From: Catajapyx aquilonaris
Taxonomy: Eukaryota
Length of the DNA stretch: 39,217 nt
Reading direction: 5' to 3'
Assembly: GCA_000934665.2 (NCBI GenBank)
Contig: KZ538944.1
Span: forward strand, 1 to 39,217
The notes under the pieces are model-generated. The model was not told where the DNA came from and searched no databases. It worked only from the letters and a program-made list of their open reading frames with translations. Position numbers and translations under genes: made by a program. This document shows, piece by piece, positions 36,201 through 39,217 of this stretch. Numbering within the stretch: position 1 is the first letter of the stretch; every line of letters starts with the position of its first letter.

Positions 36201-37420
36201 CGCGGTCATCAAGCATGAGCCACCAGACTCTTGCGACGTGCCCCTGGACCTCAGCAAGCCACCACCAGCCTCCGCCCCTACTGCCTCCTCCGCCCCCGCC
36301 GCCGCCATCGCCGTCTCCTCGTCGCACCAGTCATGCAGCGACGGCGGCCATTCCGAGACCGCCCTGGAAGAGGGCGGCCCCGGGTCGGGCTCAGTCTCTG
36401 GAAGAGACGACGGGCGCTCCGACAGCCTCTCGGAGACGACGGAGGCGCCCATGGACTGCGAGGAAGGTGCCTCTCACGAGAGCAATCCCACCTCCCCCGC
36501 CTCTTCCACGCACAGTCACAGCCACGGAGGCGGCCAGCGGCCACTGCCCTCCGCCTCCTCGTCATCATGCTCCGGCGGCGGGAAGCGGTTTCGCACGCAA
36601 ATGTCCAGCCTCCAGGTCAAGGTGATGAAGAGCCTCTTCGGAGACTACAAGACCCCCACCATGGCCGAGTGCGAGATGCTGGGGCGGGAGATAGGGCTGC
36701 CCAAGAGAGTGGTGCAGGTGTGGTTTCAGAACGCGAGGGCCAAGGAGAAGAAGAACAAGCTGGCCATGCAGAAGGCGTTCGGTCAGGAGCCGGAACCACC
36801 AAAGGCTCCTGACGACTGCCGGCTGTGCGGATTCAAATATTCGCACAAGTATTCCATCCAGGACCACATCTTCACCAAGCGGCACATCGACAACGTGAAG
36901 GCGCGAATCGAGAGCGGCAAGACAGAGTCGGAGTCCCCATCCACCACAAACTTCCCTGTCCCTCCAGCCCCTCCCACCTCCTCCTCATCATCCTCCTCAT
37001 CCTCCTGCTCCGAGATGCAGCAGCAGTCCCAACCGACATCCCAGCAGGCCCTGTCGGCGGCGGTCAACGGGGGTGCAGCAGTGTCGGCCACCGGCCTGAC
37101 CCCTGGCCTGACCCCCGGCCAACAGCAACTGGCCCAGCTGCAGATGCTGCAGATGGCGGCGGCGGGGCTGGGCCTGACCAACGCGGTGGGACCTTTGTCA
37201 TCGTCGGGAAAGGGCACCGACAGCGGCGGAAGCGGCAAGGACAACAAGTCTCTGGCTGCTGCGGCTGCGGCGGCGGCGGCGGTTGCGGCTGCTGCGGCTT
37301 CCGGGCCCAGCGTGGAGGACCTCAGCCTCCTGCAGCAGCTCTACGGCCTCGGTCTACAGGGATTTCCCGGCGCCATGGCAGCGGCGCCTCTACTGCATCC
37401 GGCCATGCTATCTGCAGCCG
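30227..37420 (+). CDS. zfh2: Zinc finger homeodomain protein (zfh2/ZFHX3-4 ortholog), 7194-nt coding exon with about 15 zinc fingers and 4 homeodomains
   Basis: Acceptor ttttgattctctgcag| at 30226. The phase-1 join G|AT TCG AAG GAG GCC GTG enters the 2401-aa ORF frame. Contains four homeodomains (WFRN, WFQN x3) and many C2H2 fingers. Ends at a strong donor CCG|GTGAGT (37420/37421, phase 1). Confidence 0.95.
32062..32118 (+). repeat. Coding CAG/CAA repeat (Q11-V-Q7)
   Basis: Mixed CAG/CAA codons in frame. Confidence 0.9.
33622..33801 (+). other. zfh2: Homeobox 1 (ZFHX HD1 type)
   Basis: [59 protein letters not shown]. Confidence 0.95.
33919..33996 (+). repeat. Coding Gln/His-rich (opa-like) repeat after HD1
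   Basis: HHSQQHHQ10LQ4HHHQ encoded mostly by CAN codons. Confidence 0.9.
34540..34719 (+). other. zfh2: Homeobox 2
   Basis: [58 protein letters not shown]. Confidence 0.95.
35512..35691 (+). other. zfh2: Homeobox 3
   Basis: [59 protein letters not shown]. Confidence 0.95.
36580..36759 (+). other. zfh2: Homeobox 4
   Basis: [58 protein letters not shown]. Confidence 0.95.
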
Positions 37421-38271
37421 GTGAGTCTAGCCATCCCCCTTCTTAATTATGCATTACTGTCGCAATCTCTGCTCGTTACGTATTCTGTAGCCTACCTCTC
37501 TTTTTTTGTACTATTTGACCGTGAACTTGAGCACGCCCACTTTACCACGGAATGGTCAGAGTGACGTACGTAAGGGCGCATTTAAGCACTTAATTACAGC
37601 CTAATTATACGCATAAGTACATCAGGAAACGTGGGACTTATGGGAAATTGCATGCAAAGTTTAAAATGTTGCAAGCGTTTGCATGACGAGTATAATCAGA
37701 GGGTATATAGGTCATGTCGTCCTAACTTTTTTTTTTGTCAGTGGGACTACGTTGTAACCAATGTTCGTTACCTTTTTCACTTCGTGCACCAGGGAGGTAA
37801 TTGAAAAGGAAACTATGTATAACGTCTCGACCTGCGGTTCTTCGGCAACGGGCACTCTTGATGGCGGCAGACAGTCAGCAAGCCCTCCTTCCTTTCCTTC
37901 ATCGCATGCCCAACTCTTAACAGGAACGGAAACTTAATTAGACCCATTTCGTACATCTCGCAGATCGCGTGAGGACTAACTGGCACGCGGGTAAAAAAAG
38001 CTAAAAAGAAAAAAAAGCACTCCGAATGAAGATTCCGATTCCATAGTCCGCTCGTAATTAAGGGACATCCGCCACGCCCGACTTACGAAAGAAAAATCGG
38101 GCCTGAAATATTCACCGTCAAGGTTCTTCGTGTCTATCTCATTAGCTCACGAACCGCCGTTTTTTGGAGACAACCTTTGACCGATTCTTGGGTTTCATTA
38201 TGTGCGAGGAGGATTCACCGCGGTGAACGGAAATCCTGGTCTTTTTACTCCACCACCTTATTTTTTGGCAG

Positions 38272-38345
38272 GTGCAGGTTCTAAACATGGGTCGGGTTTT
38301 TTCAAAAAAATTGCCGCTCACGCATTGGGGGAAAAACAGGCGTAG
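38272..38345 (+). CDS. Candidate short terminal coding exon (GAGSKHGSGFFKKIAAHALGEKQA*)
   Basis: Pyrimidine-rich ctttttactccaccaccttattttttggcag acceptor; phase-1 reading gives 24 codons to TAG. No homology or poly(A) signal recognised. Confidence 0.2.
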
Positions 38346-38931
38346 TCAGGGGGACGAAAAGTCAGGTAGAATCCATTAATTAACCTAGTTTTGATGCAGG
38401 CCATGGTGCTGAAATAGTGTATACTGTAGGTACCGAGGCTCACTGTCAGTACTGAAGGGTGTTAATTGCGGTGGACAGTTTGTCGCTAGGAACAAAAGCC
38501 GGGCAAGAATGTGAAAGCTTTCTCCGGATTAAGTCAAAGGGCGTTAAGAACCGCGACCTGAAAACAACCCCACCTTACTTTTGGTCTTACCCGGTTTTAT
38601 CCCATGCGACGAGGCGGAGGAGGTGGGGGAGACAAGGAGGCATCTACGTCGACTCCGACGCCGCACCGCCTCCCCATTCCCTCTCATCCTCCCCACCAAC
38701 GCTGGGGTCCCTTCCTCCCTTCCTCCCCAACCCCATTAATTCTCCCCGTTCGAGCTTCGGGCTGCCACGCATAATGTATATTTATTAGTTTTGAGGCTCA
38801 CCTAATCAAATTCGCATAGCGCACCGAGTTCTCATATGCCGGAGGGAAGGGCCGCAGTTCATATTCTCCGACCTTCCATTCTGGCCAGAGCCGCCCAACC
38901 ACCCCCCAATCCGCATAGCCCATATGGAAAA

Positions 38932-38967
38932 AACGCTGGGCGAATCGCTAACGCTGGGCGAATCGCT
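38932..38967. repeat. Perfect 18-bp tandem duplication
   Basis: AACGCTGGGCGAATCGCT x2. Confidence 0.9.
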
Positions 38968-39217
38968 CAACGTTTTTTTTCGCGCGACGAAACGAGCGTA
39001 AAATGAGTCGACGTTTGTGTCGATACACGATGATAGGCTGTCCGAATATTGGAACAATGCACCGCCCACAAGAATGTGAAAGTTCATAGGGCGCTGGGTC
39101 GACCGGTGTTTGTCATCATTACTATCGGAGGGAAAAAAGCATGCTCGTGGACCATGACAGCATTGAAGTTACCTCTAGGTAGGAATCATTATACAAGGGA
39201 GCTCCGGCGCGTATAAA

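Noticed and set aside
30241..37446. Treating the 2401-aa ORF as a separate gene
   Set aside because: It begins at GTG just after a splice acceptor and continues the domain order of the upstream exon in frame.

Overview
Eukaryotic (animal, most likely arthropod) genomic DNA from a draft assembly, with N gaps next to G homopolymers. The window is essentially one locus: a + strand zfh2/ZFHX3/ZFHX4-family zinc finger-homeodomain transcription factor gene. Two giant coding exons (20612-24401 and 30227-37420) join in frame across a phase-1 GT-AG intron and give at least 3661 codons, about 23 C2H2-like fingers and four homeodomains. A strong donor at 37421 suggests the gene continues. The first 20 kb looks like promoter, 5' leader exon(s) and a long regulatory intron. 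A TATA-less Inr+DPE core promoter sits at about 3727. The most interesting unexplained signals are a candidate 15-nt frame-preserving microexon (30151-30165), islands of A/T-ending codons inside GC3-rich exons, a leader loaded with uORFs and a G-quadruplex, an AG|GT recursive-splice-like site at 239/240, and clusters of Su(H) and POU octamer motifs. No prokaryotic features, RNA genes or coding transposons are supported.
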